Sequence record: DRR723986_6741
Length of the DNA: 64,000 nt
Direction: 5' to 3' (one strand)
The notes under the pieces were generated by a model that ran no database searches, was not told the origin of the DNA, and saw only the letters and a list, made by a program, of their open reading frames with translations. This document shows, piece by piece, positions 47,768 to 57,670 of this stretch; the stretch's first letter is position 1, and each line of letters begins with the position of its first letter. A program made the translations under genes and the position numbers.

Positions 47768-47941
47768 TCAAATCCTTTTCCCTCTACCGATCAAGAACCA
47801 AAGAATGGCTCCTAAAAGTGGTACTAGTACTACGATAATAATCCAAATGAGTTTGTCGTTTGGGTTTGCGAACTTACTGCTCACCACATCAAAAATGGTA
47901 ATTGCATAAATTATTAACCCAATAGCACCTAGTCCAAACAT
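47768..47941 (-). CDS. PLDc_N domain microprotein, 57 aa (not in the ORF track)
   Basis: MFGLGAIGLIIYAITIFDVVSSKFANPNDKLIWIIIVVLVPLLGAILWFLIGRGKRI*. Confidence 0.8.
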   Translation of the reverse strand: MFGLGAIGLIIYAITIFDVVSSKFANPNDKLIWIIIVVLVPLLGAILWFLIGRGKRI

Positions 47942-47942
47942 A

Positions 47943-48176
47943 TCAAGAGTAATTTGTTATTTTAGTGCTTTTCCCCATCGCCAAGTAAACAAGTGGACCG
48001 ATAAGCTGGGCAAATAGAATAACTACGATCCAGATTATTTTCATATTGGGATCTTTGAATTCCGAGCGAAGGATATCTACCAGACAGTAAATCCATAATA
48101 TGCCATAGATAAGACCAAACAGCAGTACAACTATAATGGAGCCTCCGCCCATGTTTTGAATAAAAGAAAGTGTCAT
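47943..48176 (-). CDS. PLDc_N domain small protein
   Basis: WIYCLVDILRSEFKDPNMKIIWIVVILFAQLIGPLVYLAMG. Confidence 0.82.
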   Translation of the reverse strand: MTLSFIQNMGGGSIIVVLLFGLIYGILWIYCLVDILRSEFKDPNMKIIWIVVILFAQLIGPLVYLAMGKSTKITNYS

Positions 48177-48443
48177 TTAGTTTGAATTAGGGGATTTTGA
48201 AAATGTAGGCTTAAATCTACGCCGTTCTTTTCTCTGGCTTGTGGCCATTGCGAGATATAAAAATGTGCCGATGACTGGCGCAAGTATTATAGTCACCACC
48301 CACATGAGTTTGCTATGAGCCGCCCTAAATTCCGCTCCTAGCGCATCAAATAGCGCATAAGCCCAAAAACCTAGGTAGAGTACAGAGAATAGGAATGAAA
48401 TTTGCCAAATGAGTTGCCCATCTCCAGGTACTATTAAATCCAT
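48177..48443 (-). CDS. PLDc_N domain small protein
   Basis: WAYALFDALGAEF...KLMWVVTIILAPVIGTFLYL. Confidence 0.78.
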   Translation of the reverse strand: MDLIVPGDGQLIWQISFLFSVLYLGFWAYALFDALGAEFRAAHSKLMWVVTIILAPVIGTFLYLAMATSQRKERRRFKPTFSKSPNSN

Positions 48444-48537
48444 GTGTATTCTTCAATTATTTTAACCATTGAACCAAAATAGCTTTTTTTGAGGAACTAA
48501 AGTATCAATTTAGCTAAAAGTTAAACCACCAATCTAT

Positions 48538-51093
48538 ATGAAAAGAAGTCTGTTTTCGCTGATTTTATCCTTTTTCGCGCTTTGTAGCTATGCTCAAGTC
48601 GATCTAAGCTATTACTTGCCGGCTGGATATACCTATGATGAGTCCATCCCTACGCCAAAGGAAGTTTTGGGCTATGAAGTGGGCGAATGGCATGTGAGCC
48701 ACGATCAGCTTGTGATGTATATGAAGGCTGTGGCGGAAGCATCGGACCGGGTGACATTCGAAGAAACAGGTAGAACGTATGAGAAAAGGCCTCAGGTTCT
48801 TTTGACAATTACCTCACCTTCAAACCTTACCAAGATCGATCAAATCAAGGCTGATCGAAAGAATCTGAGAATTGCTGGTGCATCTGCCGACATAGCAAAT
48901 ATGCCGGTTGTGATGTTTATGGGCTATTCCGTTCATGGCAATGAGCCAAGTGGGGCCAATGCCTCACTTTTGGCAGCCTATCATTTTGCGGCAGCAAAGG
49001 AAATAGCCGGAGATCTGGAAAATATGGTTTTGCTACTTGACCCAGCAATTAATCCAGATGGCTTGAATCGTTTTGCTTCATGGGTAAATACGCACAAGTC
49101 CTATAACATGAACGGCGATCCTAACAATGCTGAATTCAATGAAGCTTGGCCAAGAGGTAGGACCAACCATTATTGGTTTGATTTAAATAGAGATTGGTTA
49201 CCAGTACAGCATCCAGAATCAAGAAACAGAGTTCGTGTGTTCCAAGAATGGCTTCCTAATATCCACTTGGATTTTCATGAAATGGGAACAAATAGTACCT
49301 TCTTTTTCCAGCCAGGTGTACCAGCTAGAATGCACCCTTTGACACCTGAGAAAAACTTTGAACTGACAAAGAAAATAGGCACATACCATGCGAAAGCTTT
49401 GGACCAAATTGGCTCCCTTTACTACAATCAGGAGAATTACGATGATTACTACTATGGAAAAGGCTCAACCTACCCGGATGTCCAAGGTTCCATAGGTATT
49501 TTATTTGAGCAAGCCAGTTCCCGAGGCCATTTGCAGGAAAGTGTAAATGGGATGCTCAGCTTTCCTTTTACCATCAGAAATCAATTCACGGCCAATCTTT
49601 CCTCTTTTCAGGCAGCTAAAGAAATGCGTCAGGAATTAAATCAATTCATGAAGGATTTCTACAGTGACATTCAAAAGGAAGTGGATGCAGATGTGAATAA
49701 GGCTTACATTTTTGGAAGTAAGGAAGATGATGCAAGAAGCTATCATCTAGCTGATTTGATCCTTCAGCATGACATTAAAGTATTCAGCTTAAATGACGAC
49801 ATCACGGTAAATGGTGAAGAATTCAATAAAGAAAATTCCTATATCGTGCCAGCAGATCAGCCGCAGTATAGATTGATCAAGGCAATGTTTGAAACAAGAA
49901 ACACATTCAAGGATAGCTTGTTCTATGATATTTCTGCTTGGACTTACCCTATGGCCTTCAATCTGGATTATATGGCCTTGAATAGTCAGATTTTGAATTT
50001 GGCAAGTGTGAATGAAATCTCGAAAAGCTCTATTGCTTTAGCTCCCGGAAAAGTAATCGGTGAAGCAGGAGCTTATCAGTATGCGATGGAGTGGACGGAT
50101 TATTATGCGCCAAAAGCTGCCTTCAAATTGATGAACGCTGATTTTCAGGTAAGAGTAGCTACAGGGGAATTTACCACAGCAGACGGTAAGACGTTTGGAC
50201 GAGGTTCTTTACTGATTGGAAAAGGGGAAAGTGGATTGGATGATCAGGCTTTTTTCAATAAGCTCTCTGAAATAGCGAGCGTATCGACTGTAGATATATA
50301 TGGATTGACAAGTGGATATACTGGCGGTTTGAATATTGGTTCTCCAAATATTATGGCTCTTGATAAGCCAGAAATCGCATTGCTAATAGAAGGTGGCGTG
50401 GATAGTTACGAAGCCGGAGAGATCTGGCATCTACTGGATCAGCGTTTTGAAATTCCGATCACACTCCTTCCGATGGATAATATAGGAGGAAGCACCCTGG
50501 ATAGATACAACGTGATCCTAATGCCCGATGGCAGATATAATGGTCTTGGCAAGTCTGGCGCTGCAACCTTGAGGTCTTGGGTATCAAGTGGAGGTACTTT
50601 ACTAGCCAAAGGTGGAGCACTTCAGTTCCTAGCACAAAATGAAGTGGCCGATTTCAAGTTCCGTGATAGAGCCGAGCCTGAAAAAAGCTTACAAAAAAGC
50701 TATGCGGACTATGAAAATGAATCAGGTGCAAAAGTTACAGGTGGAGCAATCTTCAATGCCACGCTAGACCTGACTCATCCCATCGGCTATGGTTATCTAA
50801 ACTCAGATATTCACACCTTCAGGAATGATAATTTGTTCATGGAGCCTTCGGATAATCCCTATGCAAATCCACTTGTTTACACTGATCAGCCTCTTGCATC
50901 AGGGTATCTTCACCCTTCCAATCTTCCTGGAATTCAAAATGGTTCTGTAATTCAGGTTTCCGGTATTGGTAGAGGACGCATTGTTGCTTTTGCAGATAAT
51001 ATGAATTTCCGGGCTTTCTGGTTTGGAACAAACAAACTCTATATGAATGCCATCTTCTTTGGGCAGGTAATCCAGGGAGGAACAACCAGATAA
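48538..51093 (+). CDS. M14 family zinc carboxypeptidase, secreted
   Basis: Signal peptide, VHGNE, DLNRDW, DFHEM. Confidence 0.9.
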   Translation: MKRSLFSLILSFFALCSYAQVDLSYYLPAGYTYDESIPTPKEVLGYEVGEWHVSHDQLVMYMKAVAEASDRVTFEETGRTYEKRPQVLLTITSPSNLTKIDQIKADRKNLRIAGASADIANMPVVMFMGYSVHGNEPSGANASLLAAYHFAAAKEIAGDLENMVLLLDPAINPDGLNRFASWVNTHKSYNMNGDPNNAEFNEAWPRGRTNHYWFDLNRDWLPVQHPESRNRVRVFQEWLPNIHLDFHEMGTNSTFFFQPGVPARMHPLTPEKNFELTKKIGTYHAKALDQIGSLYYNQENYDDYYYGKGSTYPDVQGSIGILFEQASSRGHLQESVNGMLSFPFTIRNQFTANLSSFQAAKEMRQELNQFMKDFYSDIQKEVDADVNKAYIFGSKEDDARSYHLADLILQHDIKVFSLNDDITVNGEEFNKENSYIVPADQPQYRLIKAMFETRNTFKDSLFYDISAWTYPMAFNLDYMALNSQILNLASVNEISKSSIALAPGKVIGEAGAYQYAMEWTDYYAPKAAFKLMNADFQVRVATGEFTTADGKTFGRGSLLIGKGESGLDDQAFFNKLSEIASVSTVDIYGLTSGYTGGLNIGSPNIMALDKPEIALLIEGGVDSYEAGEIWHLLDQRFEIPITLLPMDNIGGSTLDRYNVILMPDGRYNGLGKSGAATLRSWVSSGGTLLAKGGALQFLAQNEVADFKFRDRAEPEKSLQKSYADYENESGAKVTGGAIFNATLDLTHPIGYGYLNSDIHTFRNDNLFMEPSDNPYANPLVYTDQPLASGYLHPSNLPGIQNGSVIQVSGIGRGRIVAFADNMNFRAFWFGTNKLYMNAIFFGQVIQGGTTR

Positions 51094-51105
51094 TTAATTA
51101 AACAA

Positions 51106-51140
51106 AAAATCCTGAGTAGCTTCTCGGGATTTTCTGTTTT
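51106..51140 (+). terminator. Intrinsic terminator
   Basis: AAAATCCTGAG-loop-CTCGGGATTTT followed by T-rich sequence. Confidence 0.65.
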
Positions 51141-51205
51141 CAAAACGCCTAACTCTTGTATAATATTTTGCGTAAGCAAGCCTATCGAACCCTAAAAGCT
51201 AGTCT

Positions 51206-52324
51206 ATGAATACCTCTACAAAACTATTGTTTGCATCTGCCTTTCTCTTCTTCGGAAATGCATTACTAGCTCAAGAAATGAGTTTTGAGGAATATAACCC
51301 TCCATCTACGCTGAAAGTCCCTGAGCACCCAGTTCAAAGAGCAAAGTTTCCATTCGTAGACATTCACAGTCATCAGGGAGGAATCAATGAAGAAAGGATT
51401 GATCAGCTGGTTGGGGAAATGGATGAGTTAAACATGGGAGTTCTGGTCAATCTAAGTGGAAGAGGTTTTGGACGGGGAAATAGCAATTCCCAGCAGGATT
51501 ATATCAAGGACATGATTAAAGAATTTAACACGCATGCACCTGGTCGATTTATGGTTTTCACCAATTTGAATTTTGCAGGATTTGGAGATGAAAACTGGAC
51601 TCGGATCGCAGTGAAGGAGCTGGAAGAAGATGTGGCCGCCGGAGCAAGTGGGCTAAAAATCTATAAAAGTCTTGGTCTGAATGTGAATGATGTGAATGGA
51701 AATCGCGTTCCTGTGGATCATCCTGACTTAGATGCCGTGTGGGCAAAAGCTGGTGAATTGGGGATTCCGGTAATCATCCATTCAGCGGACCCAGCGCAGT
51801 TTTGGCAGGAAATGGATGCTAATAATGAGCGTTGGTTAGAGTTGAAAACGCACCCTAATAGGGCACGAGGAGATGACAATCCAGCACCATTTGAGCAAAT
51901 CATGGCTGAGCAGCACCATGTTTTTGAAAAGCATCCCGGGACTACATTCATCAACGCACACATGGGTTGGATGGCAAACGATCTGGATGCAGCCAGTGCT
52001 CATTTGGAGAAATACCCAAATGTCAATTTTGGAATTGGGGCAGTTATCGCTGAGTTTGGCAGGCAACCTAGACGTGCAAAGGAGTTTTTTGAAAAATATC
52101 AGGATAGAGTGCTTTTTGGAAAAGATGCTTACAACAAGGAAGAGTATTACACCTATTTCAGAGTGTTGGAAACAGATGATGAATACTTCCCTTATTACAA
52201 AAAGTATCACGCTTTTTGGGCAATGTATGGCTTGGGACTTTCGGATGAAGTCTTGAAGAAATTATATTATAAAAATGCGCTTCGTATTGTGCCAGGAATG
52301 GATAAAAGTGTGTTTCCGGATTAA
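51206..52324 (+). CDS. Amidohydrolase_2 family protein, secreted
   Basis: DIHSH, GLKIYK, IIHSAD, AHMG, LFGKD. Confidence 0.88.
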   Translation: MNTSTKLLFASAFLFFGNALLAQEMSFEEYNPPSTLKVPEHPVQRAKFPFVDIHSHQGGINEERIDQLVGEMDELNMGVLVNLSGRGFGRGNSNSQQDYIKDMIKEFNTHAPGRFMVFTNLNFAGFGDENWTRIAVKELEEDVAAGASGLKIYKSLGLNVNDVNGNRVPVDHPDLDAVWAKAGELGIPVIIHSADPAQFWQEMDANNERWLELKTHPNRARGDDNPAPFEQIMAEQHHVFEKHPGTTFINAHMGWMANDLDAASAHLEKYPNVNFGIGAVIAEFGRQPRRAKEFFEKYQDRVLFGKDAYNKEEYYTYFRVLETDDEYFPYYKKYHAFWAMYGLGLSDEVLKKLYYKNALRIVPGMDKSVFPD

Positions 52325-52423
52325 TGCATTCTTTTTATAATCGCCAGGAGCGCGGAGGTTGAGACAGAGGCCAAAAAGATTTTTCAGCTTGAATAAATCT
52401 TTTGCTCAAGCTTTTTCAAGACC

Positions 52424-52485
52424 TATGTAAAGCCGCTTTACATGTCGTCTCTTATATGTAAAGAAAATGCGAAAACCTTTACATA
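52424..52485. promoter_or_regulatory. Two ATGTAAAG/CTTTACAT inverted-repeat pairs (putative operator)
   Basis: ATGTAAAG-CCG-CTTTACAT at 52425-52443; TATGTAAAG-N13-CTTTACATA at 52455-52485. Confidence 0.55.
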
Positions 52486-52505
52486 AACCCTAAACCAAGA
52501 TCACT

Positions 52506-52991
52506 TTGTCCCGATTCAACTATAAAACTGGAAGTTCTGGAATTAATGGCCCTCGATTATTAGGTGTCATTTTAATATCAGCTGGTATCATTGTTTTACT
52601 TGTTCCAGTCTTCCATCCAGTCAGTACAGATCCGCAAAAGATAGGAATTGTTGGCGGTGGTTCTTTCTTCGTTGGGTTGGTTATGGTTTCAATTTATACA
52701 GGAACTCAAATTGATTTTCATAGGAACAGATTTAAAGCATATCAAAGTATACTATGGATTAAAATTGGAGATTGGCAAGAGCTACCTAAGATCGAGAATG
52801 CGGAGTTGATTCTACACAGCTTTCGAAGTACTAATACTCCAAATGGGGTTAGCCCAACTCTTTCGCGCGACGTAACTATCTATAAATGTGTATTGCTATC
52901 AAATGGAGCCAAGTTTTTAGCACTTGATTTTGCAAAAGAAAAGGATGCGGTAGCTGCTTTGGAGGAAATTAAAAAGGGTTTTGGGATTTGA
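52506..52991 (+). CDS. Hypothetical 2-TM membrane protein
   Basis: Two hydrophobic helices, then a soluble domain; TTG start. Confidence 0.65.
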   Translation: MSRFNYKTGSSGINGPRLLGVILISAGIIVLLVPVFHPVSTDPQKIGIVGGGSFFVGLVMVSIYTGTQIDFHRNRFKAYQSILWIKIGDWQELPKIENAELILHSFRSTNTPNGVSPTLSRDVTIYKCVLLSNGAKFLALDFAKEKDAVAALEEIKKGFGI

Positions 52992-53011
52992 AAAATTCAT
53001 CTTTCTTAAGC

Positions 53012-53075
53012 AAAAAAGAAGCGCTGATTTTTTCCAAAAATATCTGGAGTAATTCAGCGCTTCGATTATTTTTTT
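53012..53075. terminator. Bidirectional terminator between convergent genes
   Basis: A-tract, GAAGCGCTGA...TCAGCGCTTC, T-tract. Confidence 0.75.
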
Positions 53076-55466
53076 CTAAAACTTCATAGTCAGCCCCAAC
53101 ATAAAATTGGTCCCAGCCATCGGATAATAGTAGTTTTCTGTAATCAATTCTTTTCCAGAATCTCCGGGAATGTAATAGCTAAACGTGTAGCCATTTGGTT
53201 CATACATTTCATTGAAGATATTATTGACCATCAAGTTCACTTCTAAGCTTTTGAAGAATCTCGGTTGCACTTGGTAGCTGATTCGGATATCATTGGTGAA
53301 AAAAGAATCCAGTGATTTACTGTCATTGGCTGAGTTATCCAAGAATTGTTTTCCAACATACTTCGACATCCAGTTCAACGAAAGGTTCTCAATTGGTTTA
53401 TACTCTAGGATTGCAGATGCAATAGCATTTGGAGAAAACGCAATATCCGTATTCTCGTAAGTAAACGCCTCCTGCTGGAATTCTTCTGTGCTGTAATCGT
53501 CCACATACTCGGTAAACTCCTTGATCTTGTTTTGGCTCAGTGTCAGATTTCCACCTACAGTAAGGGCCTTCGAAATTTGATAACCACCCGAAAGCTCGAT
53601 TCCGGCACGATAAGAATTCGCGACATTTTCTCGAATGTATGCTCCCACATCATTGATCTGACCAGTTAATATCAATTGGTCTTTATAATCCATGTAATAG
53701 AAATTGGCGTTGTAATTAAACTTGCCTTTTTGAGCTCTTACTCCAGCTTCGATGTCATTCAATCGTTCTGGTCTAGGGATTTCAGTGATGGGATTATCCG
53801 TAAAGTCCGAACGCTTCGGTTCTCTATTCGCTACAGCATAGCTCGCATACCAAACCTGCCCATTGCTTCGCTCATAGCTCAAACCGAATTTTGGATTGAA
53901 AAAGGTATAGGTTTGATTGCCATCTACGATTCTTTGATCGTCGTTGACTCCATAAAATGTGTAATCAATCCCACGCAACTGTAAGTCCCCAAAGAGATTC
54001 AATCCAGGACTGATTTCGTGCATTGCTTTCAAATAGATATTTCTATCGTCCTTCACAGCATTGTTGTCATAATACCGATCCCGAATATTGGTTTCTCCAG
54101 CAATTCTCGCCCAAATGATTTCGCCAAAGTGATCTCCGTCGTAGCGATTGGCTCCACCGCCTAAGATGACATCCCATTTTCCATCATTCGAGATATAATT
54201 AACAGAAGCAATCCCTCCAAAGAAGTCATTGTCCAGCCATCTTCTGCGGATGATATCCGTGCTGGAAATGGTTTCTCCTCCGATTACTACATTAGGAAGA
54301 GCATAACTTGCAAAATCATCATCTTCACGAAACTGCTCGTAATAGCCCCGCCCATAAGTATAATGAAGCGCCGCATTTGTTTTCCAATTTGAACCAATTT
54401 TTCCGGTGTAAATCAGTTGATAATGGTCCTGTTGGTAATTGTCAGTTTCATTGTCGTACGTGTAGTAGTTATAGGTTCTATCTTCTTCGAGCTTTGATTC
54501 CGGAAGTCCCCACCAGGCCTGATAGGTTTGTTCTTTTCCTGAGAAAACATTCAATTTTACTACGTGGTTTTCACCATAGTATCCTCCAGAGACGAAGAAA
54601 GATTTTAAATCAGAAAATGCGCGATCCACATAGCCATCAGAGGTGATTTTGGATAGTCTGGCATCCACCGCAAACCGGTTATTCAAAAGTCCTGTTCCTG
54701 CTTTTACTGTATGCTTCCAAGAATTAAAGGAACCTACAGAATTGGAAATTTCAGCATAGGGTTCATCTTTCCGGGTATCTGTTTGAATGTTCAGACTGGC
54801 TCCAAAGGTTGCAGCTCCGTTAGTGGAGGTTCCAACACCCCGCTGGATTTGGATATTGTCTACGGAAGAAGCAAAATCCGGCATATTGACATAAAATACG
54901 CCATGTGATTCTGCATCATTCATAGGAATACCATTGACGGTCACATTGATTCGGCTTTGGTCCGATCCGCGGATACTCATGCTGGTATAGCCGATTCCGG
55001 CTCCAGCATCAGAATTTGTCACTACAGATGGGGTGAAATTCAAAAGAATCGGGATATCCTGTCCCAGATTTCTTTTGGCAAGTTCAGCCTTATCAATTGT
55101 CTGGAAAGTAGTTGGAGTAGTCGCAGATGCTCTAGTCGCAGAGACAATAAACTCTTCTGACAGGAGATCTGTTGGATTTAGCTCTAGCCTTAATTCTCCT
55201 GCTAAAGGCACGCTGAGGCTTTTTTGAAGTGTTTCAAAGCCAACATACGACACCCGGAGTTGAATCTCGCCTTCTTTTAATTTGGTAATTATAAAATTTC
55301 CGTTTTCATCCGTCACCGCTCCACGGCCTTGCTTTTCGGTCCAGACTGACGCTCCGATTAGTGGTTCGCCGCTTGAGCCATCCACTACTTTTCCACTGAT
55401 GCTATTCTGTGCCCAGGCGGAAATCGTAAACAGGCAAAATGCCAAGTTTAATAGTACTTTTTTCAT
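53076..55466 (-). CDS. TonB-dependent receptor, probably thiamine uptake
   Basis: CarbopepD_reg-like N domain, plug (SIRGSDQSRINVTVNGIP), C-terminal Phe; TPP riboswitch upstream. Confidence 0.9.
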   Translation of the reverse strand: MKKVLLNLAFCLFTISAWAQNSISGKVVDGSSGEPLIGASVWTEKQGRGAVTDENGNFIITKLKEGEIQLRVSYVGFETLQKSLSVPLAGELRLELNPTDLLSEEFIVSATRASATTPTTFQTIDKAELAKRNLGQDIPILLNFTPSVVTNSDAGAGIGYTSMSIRGSDQSRINVTVNGIPMNDAESHGVFYVNMPDFASSVDNIQIQRGVGTSTNGAATFGASLNIQTDTRKDEPYAEISNSVGSFNSWKHTVKAGTGLLNNRFAVDARLSKITSDGYVDRAFSDLKSFFVSGGYYGENHVVKLNVFSGKEQTYQAWWGLPESKLEEDRTYNYYTYDNETDNYQQDHYQLIYTGKIGSNWKTNAALHYTYGRGYYEQFREDDDFASYALPNVVIGGETISSTDIIRRRWLDNDFFGGIASVNYISNDGKWDVILGGGANRYDGDHFGEIIWARIAGETNIRDRYYDNNAVKDDRNIYLKAMHEISPGLNLFGDLQLRGIDYTFYGVNDDQRIVDGNQTYTFFNPKFGLSYERSNGQVWYASYAVANREPKRSDFTDNPITEIPRPERLNDIEAGVRAQKGKFNYNANFYYMDYKDQLILTGQINDVGAYIRENVANSYRAGIELSGGYQISKALTVGGNLTLSQNKIKEFTEYVDDYSTEEFQQEAFTYENTDIAFSPNAIASAILEYKPIENLSLNWMSKYVGKQFLDNSANDSKSLDSFFTNDIRISYQVQPRFFKSLEVNLMVNNIFNEMYEPNGYTFSYYIPGDSGKELITENYYYPMAGTNFMLGLTMKF

Positions 55467-55552
55467 GTGTAATTTTCCCTTTCGGAAGATTGAGTGAAAC
55501 ATGAGAAAGCTCTAGGGAAGCTCTCCGTTATTGTTTACCCTGTAGCAATGAC

Positions 55553-55586
55553 AAAATCAAAAGTCCCGAAGGGTACCTCTTCGGAT
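55553..55586 (-). terminator. Leader terminator (riboswitch expression platform)
   Basis: Minus strand TCCGAAG-AGGTACC-CTTCGGGA-CTTTTGATTTTG between the aptamer and the CDS. Confidence 0.6.
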
Positions 55587-55613
55587 TAATGATTCTCTTT
55601 TCTACTACGCTTG

Positions 55614-55696
55614 TTCATTTCCCTTCGCCGGCATTACCCGGATCAGGTCGTATGGGTATGATCTCAGCCCGTTTTGTTAAGGCACCCCCTATGATC
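55614..55696 (-). ncRNA. TPP riboswitch (THI element)
   Basis: Minus strand GGGGTGCC...GGCTGAGATCATACCC...ACCTGATCCGGGTAATGCCGGCGAAGGGA; -7 element TACCTTTG at 55710-55703. Confidence 0.95.
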
Positions 55697-55858
55697 TAAT
55701 AGCAAAGGTAATGTGGAAAAACTGCTACGCAAATCTGGGGATTGGAAAATTGATTTTACCAAAGACTACGTTGTAAGATGATAAAATGGGTTTAGTCTGA
55801 GTCTTTGACTCATCTCTCAATTCTTTTTCCTAAATTTCTGATCAAACCCTATTAACCT

Positions 55859-56704
55859 ATGAAAATTTATAAACTGCCTGAGGGCACACTCTTAGAGTAT
55901 CAAAATCAAACTTTTTTAGGCCCAGCAATGGATTGGGATAAGCTTCTGGCTCAGGAAAACCTAAAAGAGCATTTGGTAACTGAATCCAAATCCTGGAAAG
56001 AAATACCTTCTGAAGAAGGAAATGAATATCTGGAGAAAGGTATTTTGGCACCTATGGGAAATCAGGAAATTTGGGCTGCTGGTGTGACATATTTCCGCAG
56101 TCGTACTGCTAGAATGGAAGAATCTCAAGATGCTGGTGGAGCAGATTTTTACGATAAGGTTTACAATGCCGATCGTCCGGAGCTATTTTTCAAAGCTACT
56201 GCCAGCCGTGTTTCAGCTCCTGGATCTGCGGTGAATATTCGTAAGGATTCTACTTGGGATGTGCCGGAGCCAGAATTGACATTGGTGATTTCTCCTTCTG
56301 GAAAAATCCAAGGATATACCTGTGGTAATGATATGAGTAGTAGAAGTATAGAGGGGGAAAACCCGCTCTATTTGCCTCAGGCCAAGGTTTATGCAGGTTG
56401 TGCGGCAATTGGACCTTGCCTTTTCATTACAGATAAAGCGATCGAAGAAACTGCCAATATCCGATTGGAAATCTTCAGAGATGATGTCTTAGCTTTTGTT
56501 GGCGAGACTCCTTTGACTCAGTTGAAGCGAAAGCCTCAAGAATTGGCAGGCTGGCTTTTCCGCGGGAATACTTTTCCGATTGGTTGCTTTCTGATGACAG
56601 GGACAGGGATTGTTCCGGATGATTTTACCTTAGAAGTAGGAGACAAAGTGAGAATTGGTATAGATGAGGTTGGGGTTTTGGAAAACTTCATTGAGAAGAT
56701 CTGA
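55859..56704 (+). CDS. Fumarylacetoacetate hydrolase family protein
   Basis: IWAAGVTY, RPELFFK, VPEPEL, GNDMSSRSIEGENPLY, MTGTG. Confidence 0.88.
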   Translation: MKIYKLPEGTLLEYQNQTFLGPAMDWDKLLAQENLKEHLVTESKSWKEIPSEEGNEYLEKGILAPMGNQEIWAAGVTYFRSRTARMEESQDAGGADFYDKVYNADRPELFFKATASRVSAPGSAVNIRKDSTWDVPEPELTLVISPSGKIQGYTCGNDMSSRSIEGENPLYLPQAKVYAGCAAIGPCLFITDKAIEETANIRLEIFRDDVLAFVGETPLTQLKRKPQELAGWLFRGNTFPIGCFLMTGTGIVPDDFTLEVGDKVRIGIDEVGVLENFIEKI

Positions 56705-56762
56705 TTTGTAGCGATTTGAGATTAAGCTTCGTATTTGGTTTGTATATTTTAATCGACCCTTC

Positions 56763-57185
56763 ATGAGGCGCTCCCTTTTCATTCTTCTGATTACGACAAT
56801 TATATTTTCCTGTCAGGAAAATCAAGATCCGTATGATGAATTTCCTCAGAATTGGAAGATAGCAGGTTGGCAGAGGATTGGCTTTGCTGGAGATTCAGGT
56901 TTTCAGTCGGTAACAGACTCTAGCTATACTTATCTATTCAAAAAAGACGGTAGTTTTTTAAAAACTGTCGGAGATGATTCAATCACTGGGTTCTTTGAAA
57001 AGGAAGAGTTGATATATGAAGTTGGCGGTAAAAGCACCCATTATAAATTGTTTTTTCCTGAGGACAGGTTGAGAAACAGCTGTTCTGCCAATCTTGAGTA
57101 CTTGACAATTGAAGAAAATGGGATGTTGGTTGGTGGAAGTGCGCCTTGCGATGGCCCTTCAATTTATCTTGCTCTTGTGAAATGA
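56763..57185 (+). CDS. Hypothetical lipoprotein
   Basis: Lipobox IFSC; C...CDGP C-terminal pair. Confidence 0.65.
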   Translation: MRRSLFILLITTIIFSCQENQDPYDEFPQNWKIAGWQRIGFAGDSGFQSVTDSSYTYLFKKDGSFLKTVGDDSITGFFEKEELIYEVGGKSTHYKLFFPEDRLRNSCSANLEYLTIEENGMLVGGSAPCDGPSIYLALVK

Positions 57186-57202
57186 TAAACTAACTCTTCT
57201 CT

Positions 57203-57565
57203 ATGGCCTACGATGAGTATTTAGCTGAGCGATTGGCTACTAGTTTTAGGAGACATGGTGTTTCGTTTACTTCCAAAAGAATGATGGGAGGAATGCTTTT
57301 CATGGTGGAAGATAAAATGTGCATTGGTCTAAATCAGGATAAGCATACCAAAGAAGACAGGTTGATGGTGCGGGTAGGGGAATTTGCTGAGGAGGAATGC
57401 ATGAAGCGAAAAGGTTGTCGTCCAATGGAGTTCACCGGGAGACCGATGAAAGGCTTTGTTTATGTGGATCCAGAAGGATTCGATATGGATGAAGACTGGG
57501 AGTTTTGGGTGGAAAAAGCTTTGGAATATAATCCCTTGGCAAAAAAGAGTAAAAAAAGAGTCTAA
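57203..57565 (+). CDS. TfoX/Sxy N-terminal domain protein
   Basis: MAYDE.LAER, RMMGG, LMVRVG, GRPMKGFVYV. Confidence 0.82.
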   Translation: MAYDEYLAERLATSFRRHGVSFTSKRMMGGMLFMVEDKMCIGLNQDKHTKEDRLMVRVGEFAEEECMKRKGCRPMEFTGRPMKGFVYVDPEGFDMDEDWEFWVEKALEYNPLAKKSKKRV

Positions 57566-57670
57566 AGTACCACAGTCAGGAAGTGTCCTTGCTTTTGAAT
57601 TTCTATTTTCAAACTAAATCAAATTGGTTGGAAAAGGTAAATCTGTTTATCTGAGTTATATCTTTATGAT

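Noticed and set aside
57203-57565. TfoX plus ComF as a competence system
   Set aside because: The genes are about 55 kb apart, and stand-alone TfoX_N proteins are widespread without demonstrated competence roles.
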